Part shown: positions 1 through 12,227 of the stretch, one piece after another
Layout of the letters: every line of letters begins with the position of its first letter
Position numbering within the stretch: position 1 is the stretch's first letter
DNA from: an uncultured Mycoplasmataceae bacterium
GTDB taxonomy: Bacteria > Bacillota_I > Bacilli_A > Mycoplasmatales > Hepatoplasmataceae
NCBI GenBank assembly: GCA_947330515.1
Contig: CAMZOE010000065.1
Span: 1,526 to 65,525 of the forward strand
Direction: 5' to 3'
DNA: 64,000 nt
Position numbers and translations under genes: made by a program
Notes under the pieces: generated by a model
The model's database searches: none
What the model was told of the DNA's origin: nothing
What the model saw: only the letters and a program-made list of their open reading frames with translations

Positions 1-1003
1 CTTCTGTATTTATTAAAAGAGAAACAAATTTTGAATAAATTAAATAAGGATCATTAGTTCTAATCATTGTATCAATTAATTCATTAACAATACTGAAGAA
101 TAAATTTTTTTTATTAATTTTGTTTTCTAAAGAAACTTTAAAAAAGAAATCAATAAAATAATTAATAAAATGTTTTATATTGCTTTGATTAACTTTTATT
201 ATTTTTAATAATTCACCAAAATTTTCTGATTTTATAATATCGAATAAAGCATCTTCATTTACCAATCCAAAAAGTTCACTTACCATTGAATTAGTAATAT
301 TTTTTTCATTTGTAGAAGAAAGAATTATTTTTTCAAGAATTGTAAGAGAATCTCTAAAACTACCCTTTGCTAAAAAAGCAATCATAGAAGGAACATTATT
401 TTCAAACTCAATTTTTTCTAATTCAAGAATGTTTTTGATATAATTTTCAATTTCAAAATTATTTATATTTTTAAATTCTAAAATAATTGTTCTTGATAAA
501 ACTGTTTGAGGAATTCTTGATAATTCTGTAGTCAATAAAATAAAAATAACATTTTTAGGTGGTTCTTCTAAAATTTTTAATAAAGCATTAAAAGCAGCTT
601 TTGACAACATATGAACTTCATCAATGATAAAAATTTTATAATTAGAATTTAAATTATAATGAGCTTTTTCTTTTATTTGTCTAATTTCATCAATTCCATT
701 ATTTGATGCTGCATCAATTTCTACAACATCTAGAGAAGTTCCTTTATTAATTCCTTTACAAGAATTACATTTATTGCAAGGTTCGTAATCATTTTCTTTT
801 TTATCATTACAATTTAATGCTTTGGAAAAAATTCTAGCTAATGAAGTTTTCCCTGTACCTCTTGTTCCATAAAACAAATAAGAATGGTTGATATTTTCAT
901 TAATAATTGAGTTTTCTAATATAGTTACTATTAGTTTTTGACCTTTTATTTCTTCAAATAAGTTTGGTCTATATTTGTTATACAGTGAATTAGTGTTTTT
1001 CAT
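1..1003 (-). CDS. dnaX: DNA polymerase III gamma/tau subunit, N-terminal part (C-terminus runs off the window start)
   Basis: Hand translation from ATG at 1003..1001 gives MKNTNSLYNKYRPNLFEEIKGQ...YLFYGTRGTGKTSLARIF (Walker A), then CNKCNSC (Zn module), then VVEIDAASNNGIDEIRQIKE. It overlaps the tadA stop by 14 nt. It is absent from the ORF track because it stays open to the window edge. Confidence 0.9.
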   Translation of the reverse strand, partial: MKNTNSLYNKYRPNLFEEIKGQKLIVTILENSIINENINHSYLFYGTRGTGKTSLARIFSKALNCNDKKENDYEPCNKCNSCKGINKGTSLDVVEIDAASNNGIDEIRQIKEKAHYNLNSNYKIFIIDEVHMLSKAAFNALLKILEEPPKNVIFILLTTELSRIPQTVLSRTIILEFKNINNFEIENYIKNILELEKIEFENNVPSMIAFLAKGSFRDSLTILEKIILSSTNEKNITNSMVSELFGLVNEDALFDIIKSENFGELLKIIKVNQSNIKHFINYFIDFFFKVSLENKINKKNLFFSIVNELIDTMIRTNDPYLIYSKFVSLLINTE

Positions 1004-1457
1004 CTTTCTTTTTCTCTTTTCTTAACTCATTGAAAAATTTTTTTAATAATTCATGAGACTCTTCACTTTTTATGTTTTTAGTAATCGTTAATTTTTTTAA
1101 TGCTGTTTCATTAACAAAATTAGAATATCCATATTTGGAATTTGGTAATCCATAATTAATATTTCTAATATTAAAACTTTTTATGATTGAAAAACAAGTT
1201 AAACATGGTTCTAAAGTAACATAAATTTCATAATCATTTAAAAAATTATGTTTCAATGAAGAAGTTAAATTTTTTAACGCTTTAATTTCTGCATGTGAAA
1301 ACGGGTCTTTCTTTGTTGAGGAATCATTATTTGCTCTTGAAACAATTTTTCCAGTATTTTTATCTATAATTATGCATCCAATAGGCAAAGAAGAAGAATC
1401 AACTTTCTTTGCTTCTTTTAGTGCCTCATGCATATAAAAATCTTTTGTTTCTTTCAT
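990..1457 (-). CDS. tadA: tRNA-specific adenosine deaminase
   Basis: Track ORF of 155 aa carrying the CDA zinc motifs HAEIKAL and EPCLTC. The stop is TAA. Confidence 0.85.
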   Translation of the reverse strand: MKETKDFYMHEALKEAKKVDSSSLPIGCIIIDKNTGKIVSRANNDSSTKKDPFSHAEIKALKNLTSSLKHNFLNDYEIYVTLEPCLTCFSIIKSFNIRNINYGLPNSKYGYSNFVNETALKKLTITKNIKSEESHELLKKFFNELRKEKKKDEKH

Positions 1458-1521
1458 TATATAAATTATAAATTATCTTGATTATAAAATACAAATAGTT
1501 TATATTTTATATAATAAAAAA

Positions 1522-1592
1522 GTCACACATTGCTTACTTCATGTGGTTGCTCCTTTTCAGGCCTAGCCGAGTCATAAATTCACAATTGTGAC
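1522..1592 (-). ncRNA. ffs: Small (4.5S-type) signal recognition particle RNA
   Basis: The minus-strand sequence is GUCACAAUUGUGAAUUUAUGACUCGGCUAGGCCUGAAAAGGAGCAACCACAUGAAGUAAGCAAUGUGUGAC followed by U6. The terminal helix pairs GUCACA..AUUG with CAAU..UGUGAC. A GAAA tetraloop is closed by CCU/AGG and is followed by the conserved AGCA of SRP domain IV. It lies next to tadA/dnaX, as in Firmicutes. Confidence 0.7.
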
Positions 1593-1718
1593 AAATAAAT
1601 TATAAACTATTATTGCAAAAAAATAATCATAAATTCACAACAAGAGAAAATAAAATAAACTATTGTGATAAAATTTATTTAAATAAAATAAATATGTTTA
1701 TAAAAAAGAGGAATAAAA

Positions 1719-2465
1719 ATGACAGAAGTAATTGGTGTAATAACAATTGTTATTACTAGTATAATGTCCTTTATTTTGTTCTTTTCTGTTTGATTTGGAA
1801 TTATGACAAATATTTTTGGTTTTAAATATAGAAGAGATGCAAATTTAGGTTTAAGGAAAGACTATCACATCAATATAATAGAAAACTTTTATAATTTTTT
1901 AGATAATTATGAAAATGAAGAAAAAATGAAAGAAGCAAAATATGATATTAAATTGCTTTCATTTCTTTATTCTCCATTATCTCCTAAAAAATATCGTGAT
2001 TCGATCAAAAAAAACTTTATTATTGATGATGATGTTCTTATAGAACAATTTAAAAATTGAAGAAATATAGAAAACGATTTTATGATCAATAAAAATACTT
2101 CTTTTAATGAATTTTCAATTAAAAGAAATATTGGATTTCAAATTGAAAACAAAGAAGATGCATTAATTTTAATAATCGTTTTACTAATTTATTTAAAAAC
2201 TGATACATTAGATTTAATAATAATTGATGAAAAATACTTAAATGTTGCAAAATACTTTAAACATCTATCTTTAAGTAAAAAACAACTTAAACGTAAAGTA
2301 AAAAATAATGAAATTTCAAAAGAAGATGCAGAAATTATTAAGGAAATAATAGTTGAAGAAGAAGAAGAACAAGCAGAAAAAATAAATGAAGAAACTAATA
2401 TTTCAAAAGAAAGCATTTTAAGTAAAGACAAAGAAAACAAAGACAAAGAAAACAAAGATAAATAG
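1719..2465 (+). CDS. Hypothetical membrane-anchored protein (248 aa) with an acidic, lysine-rich tail
   Basis: ATG at 1719 follows AAGAGGAAT. Track ORFs 1803..2060 and 2082..2465 are in the same frame, joined by TGA codons at 1791 and 2058. The N-terminus VIGVITIVITSIMSFILFFSVWFGI is a TM helix. The C-terminus ends with a KDKENKDKENKDK repeat. The stop is TAG. Confidence 0.6.
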
Positions 2466-2998
2466 AATATTTATATATATAAATATAATTTAAAATATGA
2501 CGGATTTCTTTTAAACAAAGGAATTCGTCATATTTTATTTTAAAAAAAAGATTATTGTGATAAAGTTAAATTATTTAGTTATTATAATATTGTTTGAGAA
2601 AGAAAAAAGAGCAATTAAGAATTAACTTTATTTTAAACACATTAAATATATTAAATATGTTAATTCTTTAAAGCTATATTTTATATTACTCATATAAACA
2701 TTTAAAGGACTTTATGTTTTCTCTTGATTTTTTTTCTCAACTTTAAATGAAATTTAGCTTTTTGAATTAATAAAATTATATTTCGGTAAAAAATTACTTG
2801 GTTTTATATTTACTATTTAATATTAAATTAATTGAAATTTCAGAATTTAAATATTAAAAAGTTATATTTTTAATTTATGTGGAGCAAAACATAAAAAAGT
2901 AAATTTTCTTCTGTATCCTTTTTTTGATAACTACTTTTTTAGTTTTGCTAAACGAATATTATTAGAGTGATTTTCTTCTATATTCTATTAATGAATAT

Positions 2999-3035
2999 AA
3001 AAAAAACACAAGTATTTGAACTTGTGTTTTTTTTT
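2999..3035. terminator. Bidirectional rho-independent terminator between convergent genes (serS and the 1719..2465 gene)
   Basis: Perfect 9-bp stem AACACAAGT / ACTTGTGTT with a 6-nt loop, flanked by an A-run on the left and a T9 run on the right. Confidence 0.7.
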
Positions 3036-3044
3036 ATGTCTAAA

Positions 3045-4304
<1,260 letters not shown>

Positions 4305-4319
4305 AATTTTCTTTCTATT

Positions 4320-6890
4320 TTAGTTACTATTTTTATCTTCATTTTTATCTTCGATGTTTTTTTCCACAAAAGAATTATCATTTTCTTTAATTACTTCTGT
4401 TTCAATTTCTTCATCAACAATATTAGGAATGATTGTTGCTTTAGAGATAAATTCATTATCTTTTAAGGTAACAATTTTTACCCCTTTAGTTGCTCTAGAA
4501 GTTTTATTAACTTGATCAAGAGAAATTCTAATTGTAGTCCCTTTATTAGTAATTACAATTAAATCTTCATTTCCATTAACTACTTTTAAAGTAATTAATT
4601 TTCCTGCTTTTTTAGTGTTTTGTGTAAATGAACCTTTTGCTCCACGTTTAGTAGTGCGATACTCTTCAATATTTGTTAATTTTCCAAATCCTTTTTCAGA
4701 AAGAGAAAAAACTGTTTGTCCAGTATTTGTTGTAGCAAAACCAACAACTTCAAAACCTTCATTTAAAGTTATCCCTCTCATTCCTTGAGAAGTTCTTGAA
4801 AGACTTCTAACATCATTAGAACTAAATTTAACTACTTTCCCTTGAGAAGAACCAATAACAATATCATATTCTCCTTTTCTTGCAGTTAAAACTCCAACAA
4901 GGGAATCATCTTCTTTTAAAGTAATCGCTTTTTTACCATTTTTATTAACATTAGAAAATTCATCAAGATTAATTTTTTTAATTATTCCTTTTTTAGTGAA
5001 AAACAATAATTCATCAGTTTTAATATTTTCTTCTTTAAGAATAAAGGAAATATGTTCATTAGGTTGCATATTTTCTTTTTCAATATAATTCACTATTGGT
5101 TTACCTTTAGAATTTTTTGAAGCTTCCATAATTTTATATGTTGGAAGTTTGTAAACTCTTCCAAAATTGGTAAACATTAATAGGTTTGAATGGGTATTAG
5201 AAACAAGTAATAATTTAACATTATCATCTTCTTTAGTTTTAATTGATTTTGATCCCATTCCCCCACGATTTTGTGTGTGATATTCATCAATTGGAACTCT
5301 TTTTAAGTAACCTGTTTCAGTCATTGTTACAACAACATCTTTTTGTTCAATAAATGCTATTTCATCTAAATCAAAAATATCATAACCACTAACTTCTGAA
5401 CGTCTTTCATCACTAAATTTTTCTAAAATTTCTTTTAAATAACTAATGATATGATCTAATCTTAATTCATGAGATTCTAAAAGTTCTTTGTGTTTTTTTA
5501 TTTCTTCTTCTAATGCATTTATTTCTTTTTGAAGTTTTTCAATTTCAAGAGCTGTAAGACGAGAAAGTTTCATTTCAAGAATTGCATCTGCTTGAATTTT
5601 AGTTAATTCAAAGTTTTTTTGTAATAAAACTAAAGCATCTTTTCTAGAAGGAGAAGCTTTAATTACTTTAATAATTTCATCAATATTTTTTAAAGCGATT
5701 TCTAAACCTAATAAAACATGTATTCTTTCTTCTGCTTTTTTAAGAAGGAAATTTGTTTTTCTTGTTAAAACATCTACTTGATGTTTTAAAAAGATTCCTA
5801 AAGCTTCTTTTAAATTTAAAACTCTTGGAAAATTACCATCTAAAGCAAGAAGATTAATTGAAAATGATGTTTGTAGTGGAGTATGTTTAAATAATTTGTT
5901 TAACTCACTTTTTGCATCAACATGTTTTTTTAATTTAATTACAATTCTAATTCCTTCACGATTTGATTGATCAGAAACATTAACAATTGAATCAACAATT
6001 TTCTTTTTAGCAACTTCAACAATTTTTTGAACTAATGACGCTTTATTTACTGCATAAGGAATTTCTTTAACAACTAATTCATTTATACCTTTTTCATCAT
6101 TTTCATAGATTTCAACCTTTGAACGAATAATTGCTCTTCCTCTCCCGGTTCTATAAGCTTCCTTAATTTCACTAGGATTTAAAATTAATCCACCTGTAGG
6201 AAAATCAGGACCTTTAACAAAAGCAAATAAATCTTCGATATCAATTTTTTCAATATCTAAATCGTTATTTTCTTGAAATCTTTTAGCAATAAAAATAGTA
6301 GCATCAATAATTTCTTTTAAATTATGAGGAGGAATAGATGTTGCCATTCCAACAGCAATTCCTACAGAACCATTTATTAGCAAATTAGGAAGTTTATTTG
6401 GTAAAACAACTGGTTCTTCTTCACTCTCATCATAGTTAGGAATGAAATCCACTGTTCCTTTATCAATATCTTGAAGCATTAACTCTGAAATTTTTTGTAA
6501 TCTAGTTTCTGTATAACGCATAGCAGCAGCTCTATCACCATCGATAGAACCAAAATTTCCTTGTCCATCAATCAATGGATAACGTAAAGAAAATTTTTGT
6601 GCCATTCTTACAAGTGCTTCATAAGCAGCTTGATCTCCATGGGGATGATATTTAGCAAGTACTTCACCAACAACTTTTGCTGATTTTTTGTATGCTTTGT
6701 TTGATCAAAGATCAATCTCGCTCATCGCAAATAAAATTCTTCGATGAATTGGTTTTAATCCATCTCTTGCATCTGGAATTGCTCTTGAAACAATAACACT
6801 CATAGCGTAATCAATAAATGATTTTTGCATTTCTGTTTCTACAGAAATTGTTTCAATTTTTCTTTGATTTTGTTTATTATTTTCTTCCAT
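4320..6890 (-). CDS. gyrA: DNA gyrase subunit A
   Basis: Track ORFs 4320..6605 and 6705..6890 are in frame, and the gap carries TGA codons. Motifs seen are [18 protein letters not shown] and repeated C-terminal beta-pinwheel blades. Confidence 0.95.
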
Positions 6891-6899
6891 TATTTATCT

Positions 6900-8810
<1,911 letters not shown>

Positions 8811-8985
8811 TCACTTCCTATGCTTTTTAAAATAGAAAAATATTATTTGTTATCTATTTACCAAAAAAGCAACAATGTTTTATATAACTACATTATATCC
8901 TTTCGTATATCTATTTAAAAGGACTTTTTTTAAACGAAAAATGTTTCCGAATGGTATAAGTCATTTGGATATTTTAACTTGACAA

Positions 8986-9957
8986 TTACGCAATTTTTAA
9001 AATTTCGATGTTTTTGGAATAATATTTCTCTTGCGAAGTGATTCAAACATTTAAATTTTGTTTTTCTAGCGTTGATAAAATAATAGTTATTTTTTCATTA
9101 TCTAAATGAGCAAAAACATCATCTAAAAATAAATAAACAACTTTATTTTGATTAAGAGAATGATAATAATTAATAAAAGCTAGTTGAACAAAAATTACTG
9201 CTACTTTAGAAATTCCTTCTGAATAAAAAAGAAAAAGATTTTTTTCTTCTACAATAAATTCATAATCATAATTATTAAAATTTTTGTTTTCGTTTTTATT
9301 TTCATATTTCAAAGAAAAATCAAAAAAACTTTCTTCTCCTAAAATATCTTTTAAAAAATAATTTATTTTTTTTAGATATTTTTTTCTTTTTTCATTCAGT
9401 TCTTTTTCAAGAAAAAATAACTCTTCATTATAAGTATTTAAAATCTTTGTATTAGTAACAATTAAGTTAGTATTTTTTAAAAGATTGTTAATTAAAGATT
9501 TTGTTTGTTTATGTGTTTGTAATTGAGTTTTATACTCAGAACTTATTGAGGAAAACATTTGATCAAAAAATTTTTTTCTTTCAGTTTTAGAATGAGCTAT
9601 TAATACAAAATCTTTTGATTGTAATATAAAAATTTGGAAAAAACTTTGCATTTTTTTTCATGTATTTTTTGAATCATTAATATAAATTTCGTTTTTACCA
9701 TTCTTTTCTAATCAAAGAGAATAATTTTGATTTTTTATTTCATCTTGATAATGAACAAACGCTGTTGTTTCTTCATTATTAATAAAAGAATATGTTTCTG
9801 TTTTTTTAAAACTTTTACCATTTATTAAGAAAAAAAAGGCTTCTAAAATAGAAGTCTTTCCACTACCATTAGGTCCTGAAAAAAGAATAATTTTTCTTTT
9901 TCAAGAAAATGAAAAATTTTTAATATTTCTAAAGTTTTGAATTACTATTTTATTCAC
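8986..9957 (-). CDS. recF: DNA replication/repair protein RecF (323 aa)
   Basis: GTG at 9957 lies 3 nt after the dnaN stop. The N-terminus is NKIVIQNFRNIKNFSFSW..ILFSGPNGSGKTSILEAFFF (Walker A). Walker B is YLFLDDVFAHLD. The track ORF's apparent stop at 9043 is TGA. Reading through adds WITSQEKYYSKNIEILKIA and reaches TAA at 8986..8988. Confidence 0.8.
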
Positions 9958-9960
9958 TGT

Positions 9961-11070
9961 TTAATTCCCAAATGGAAGTATTAATATTTCATGATCTTCT
10001 TTATCTTTTGCTTTTACTAAAAATGGTTCATTATAAGAATTAAATTTTATTTCTATTGTTTTTGTTTCCATACTTTTAACACTTTCAATTAAAAATTTAG
10101 GATTAAAAAGAATATTAAAATTTTCATCATCATCTATTTTATATTTTTTAGTTGTTACAGTAACGTTTCCAATTCCTTCATCTTGTGTTTCAATTTTTAA
10201 TAAATTATTCATTATAAATAATTTAATTGGTGTTTCATCAATAGTTTTAATGTTATTAATTAACATTCCTTGATTAAAAATTGTTAATAAAATATCTTTT
10301 TCAATTTCTAATGTTTTTTGAAATTTTTTTGGAATAAAATTTAAAACATTAGGATAATTATTTTGAAAAATTTTCATATCAATTTGAATATTATTATTAA
10401 TAATAATTAAATCTTCTTCAACGATAAAAAATTTCATCGTTCCTTGTTCTACAATTTTTAATAAATCTTTAATAATAGCAAGTGGAAGGGAAAAAGATGT
10501 TTCTTCAAATATTTCAATATCATCAATTTTTGAATATCCTATTTTAGTATCATCAGTAGCTACTAAAGTAAGTGCATTATTTTTTATTACAAAATTAACA
10601 CTTCTTAGAATTATTCTAGAATTTTTTTCAGTTGCACAAAAAAGAATTGATTTTAAACTTTTTTTAAACTCTTCAGTTTTAATTGAAAAAATTTTTTTAA
10701 AGTTAATAATGCTTTTTGGTAAATATTCAAAATTACCACTTAATAGGTTTAATTTAAACTCTAATGTTTCAGTTTTTATTTTAATAGAATTATTTTTATT
10801 TTTTTCTAAAACTAATTCTTCTTCTGTAATTTTATTTATTGCTTCATTAAATGTTTTTGCTTTAATAAGAAAATTACCAAATTCTTGATTTTCTATATTC
10901 AATGTTGTTTTAATAACTAAATTTTTATTTTTAGCTTTTAAAGTAATTTTATTTTCATATGCTTCTACAAAAATACCTGTATTTTCACTTATTGGATCAT
11001 AATCAGAAACAATATTATTAAGATTATTAATTGTTTTTTTTATTTGGTTGGTTTTTAAAATTAATTTCAT
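9961..11070 (-). CDS. dnaN: DNA polymerase III beta sliding clamp
   Basis: Track ORF of 369 aa, of clamp length and periodicity, in the position dnaA ... dnaN-recF-gyrB. The sequence is strongly diverged, so the call rests largely on synteny. Confidence 0.8.
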   Translation of the reverse strand: MKLILKTNQIKKTINNLNNIVSDYDPISENTGIFVEAYENKITLKAKNKNLVIKTTLNIENQEFGNFLIKAKTFNEAINKITEEELVLEKNKNNSIKIKTETLEFKLNLLSGNFEYLPKSIINFKKIFSIKTEEFKKSLKSILFCATEKNSRIILRSVNFVIKNNALTLVATDDTKIGYSKIDDIEIFEETSFSLPLAIIKDLLKIVEQGTMKFFIVEEDLIIINNNIQIDMKIFQNNYPNVLNFIPKKFQKTLEIEKDILLTIFNQGMLINNIKTIDETPIKLFIMNNLLKIETQDEGIGNVTVTTKKYKIDDDENFNILFNPKFLIESVKSMETKTIEIKFNSYNEPFLVKAKDKEDHEILILPFGN

Positions 11071-11189
11071 ATTATTATTATAACTTTAATTACTACTACT
11101 ATGAAAACTATAACTAGAGAATTTTATGTTAAATTTGAAAAAAATCCTTTATTTAAAGGAAAAAAATGCAAAAAGAAACAATAATATGA

Positions 11190-11418
11190 TGTTGATTAAT
11201 GTTGATAACTATCCAAAATATTTAAAATAAATAATAAAATTTTTTTATTTAAAAAATTAAATGTTCAAAAAAATAATTAAAAATCTAAAAAAAGAAGGTA
11301 AATTGGAGTTTTCAACATGAGTTTTCAACAGGTTTTCAACATTTGTAAAAATAATGTTCAAAACTCAAAAGTTTTCAACATTTTTATCAACATTGTTCAA
11401 AACTCAAATGTTCAAAAC
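11190..11418. promoter_or_regulatory. DnaA-box cluster with an AT-rich tract (candidate oriC)
   Basis: TTTTCAACA occurs 4 times (11309, 11322, 11333, 11372) and TTATCAACA once (11384), all in one orientation. TGTTGATTA (11190) and TGTTGATAA (11200) lie in the opposite orientation. TGTTCAAAAC(TCAAA) occurs 3 times (about 11355, 11394, 11409). A pure A/T tract spans 11216..11262 between the two box groups. Confidence 0.7.
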
Positions 11419-11452
11419 TTTTTTAATCTTTTCATAAAACATTTCAATAAAA

Positions 11453-11486
11453 CAAAAAAAAGAAGCATTTTTGCTTCTTTTTTTGT
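11453..11486. terminator. Rho-independent terminator after the orphan gene
   Basis: Stem AGAAGC / GCTTCT (11461-66 and 11473-78) flanked by A8 and T8 runs, directly downstream of the stop at 11488. Confidence 0.6.
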
Positions 11487-11487
11487 T

Positions 11488-12210
11488 TTATTGAAAATTA
11501 TTTTCTATTAATTTTTTAATAGCAAAAAAATATTTTTCACTTTCATCATCTGCTATTTTTGTTTGATGATTTAAATCATTAGAATCTTTTCTTAAAATAT
11601 TTAAAATTGCTTTTTCTTTTTTTAATATGTATTTATTATCGAAAAGTCACTCAATATATTCTTCAAATTTTAATTGACTTTTATTTTTTCTTGTTTTAAA
11701 ATATTTAGTAAGTTTTTTAGTTTTTACTTCATAATTTTCATCAATTATGTCAAGAATAAATTTATTATATTCTTCTTGATCAAAATCTTTGTCTTTCTTA
11801 ATAAGACATTTATATTTAGGTAAAAATTGCATTACACCATTTACTTTTTGTATCATTGGCATAATTGGAACTTTATCTTTAATACTTAAAATTTCGACAA
11901 TATGAACAATTATTTTACGAGAAAGTAACCCTACAGAATTGTATAAATTAAATTTAAATGCTTCTTCTATTTCTTTAATAAGAATTTCTAAATTTTTTAT
12001 TTCAATTTTAAATTTTTCATATTCTTCTTTGCTTAAAGATTTTTTAATTTCAACATAATTAGTATTAATTTTAATTTTAATATAATTTTCAAGGTTAGTA
12101 ATTTCTTTTTTTAATTCATTATTTTGAAGAAAATTTCTTTCATTTTCTTCATAAGTTTTTTTTATCGAACTTACAACATGTTTTCTAAGTTCATTTATAT
12201 CATTTTTCAT
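11488..12210 (-). CDS. Hypothetical coiled-coil protein (240 aa) lying between dnaA and the DnaA-box cluster
   Basis: Track ORF 11647..12210 ends at a TGA. Reading through adds WLFDNKYILKKEKAILNILRKDSNDLNHQTKIADDESEKYFFAIKKLIENNFQ and reaches TAA at 11488. The start lies 17 nt after the dnaA stop. I recognise no family motif. Confidence 0.6.
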
Positions 12211-12227
12211 ATTGATACCTTAATTAT

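Noticed and set aside
2189-2455. Antisense or shadow ORFs in the track. They are 2189..2455, 12124..12333, 13474..13674, 14045..14275, 14292..14501, 15749..15943, 17237..17467, 18811..19020, 20003..20317, 22170..22355, 22686..22880, 25086..25310, 28397..28579 and 29952..30164. The rest are 33291..33485, 35374..35622, 37641..37835, 39425..39628, 39748..39957, 46261..46455, 46793..46975, 50259..50465, 50805..51062, 58333..58515, 58750..59082, 60299..60484, 61603..61830, 62249..62452, 62364..62591 and 63269..63463.
   Set aside because: Each one overlaps a well-supported gene on the other strand or in another frame. They have the low-complexity F/S/L/I-rich composition typical of antisense AT-rich coding DNA, and they lack RBS or family motifs.
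2425-2462. The AAAGACAAAGAAAAC tandem repeat at the 3' end of the 1719..2465 gene, considered as a possible phase-variation microsatellite.
   Set aside because: There are only about 2.5 copies, it is in frame, and it encodes a KDKEN low-complexity tail. Nothing indicates slippage-controlled expression.
11317-11511. A 64-aa plus-strand ORF (MSFQQVFNICKNNVQNSKVFNIF...), and a CRISPR-like impression from the repeated GTTTTCAACA units.
   Set aside because: The peptide is simply the translation of tandem DnaA-box repeats. The repeats are 9-15 bp with irregular, very short spacing, there are no cas genes, and the location is between dnaA and dnaN. It is origin architecture, not a CRISPR array or a gene.
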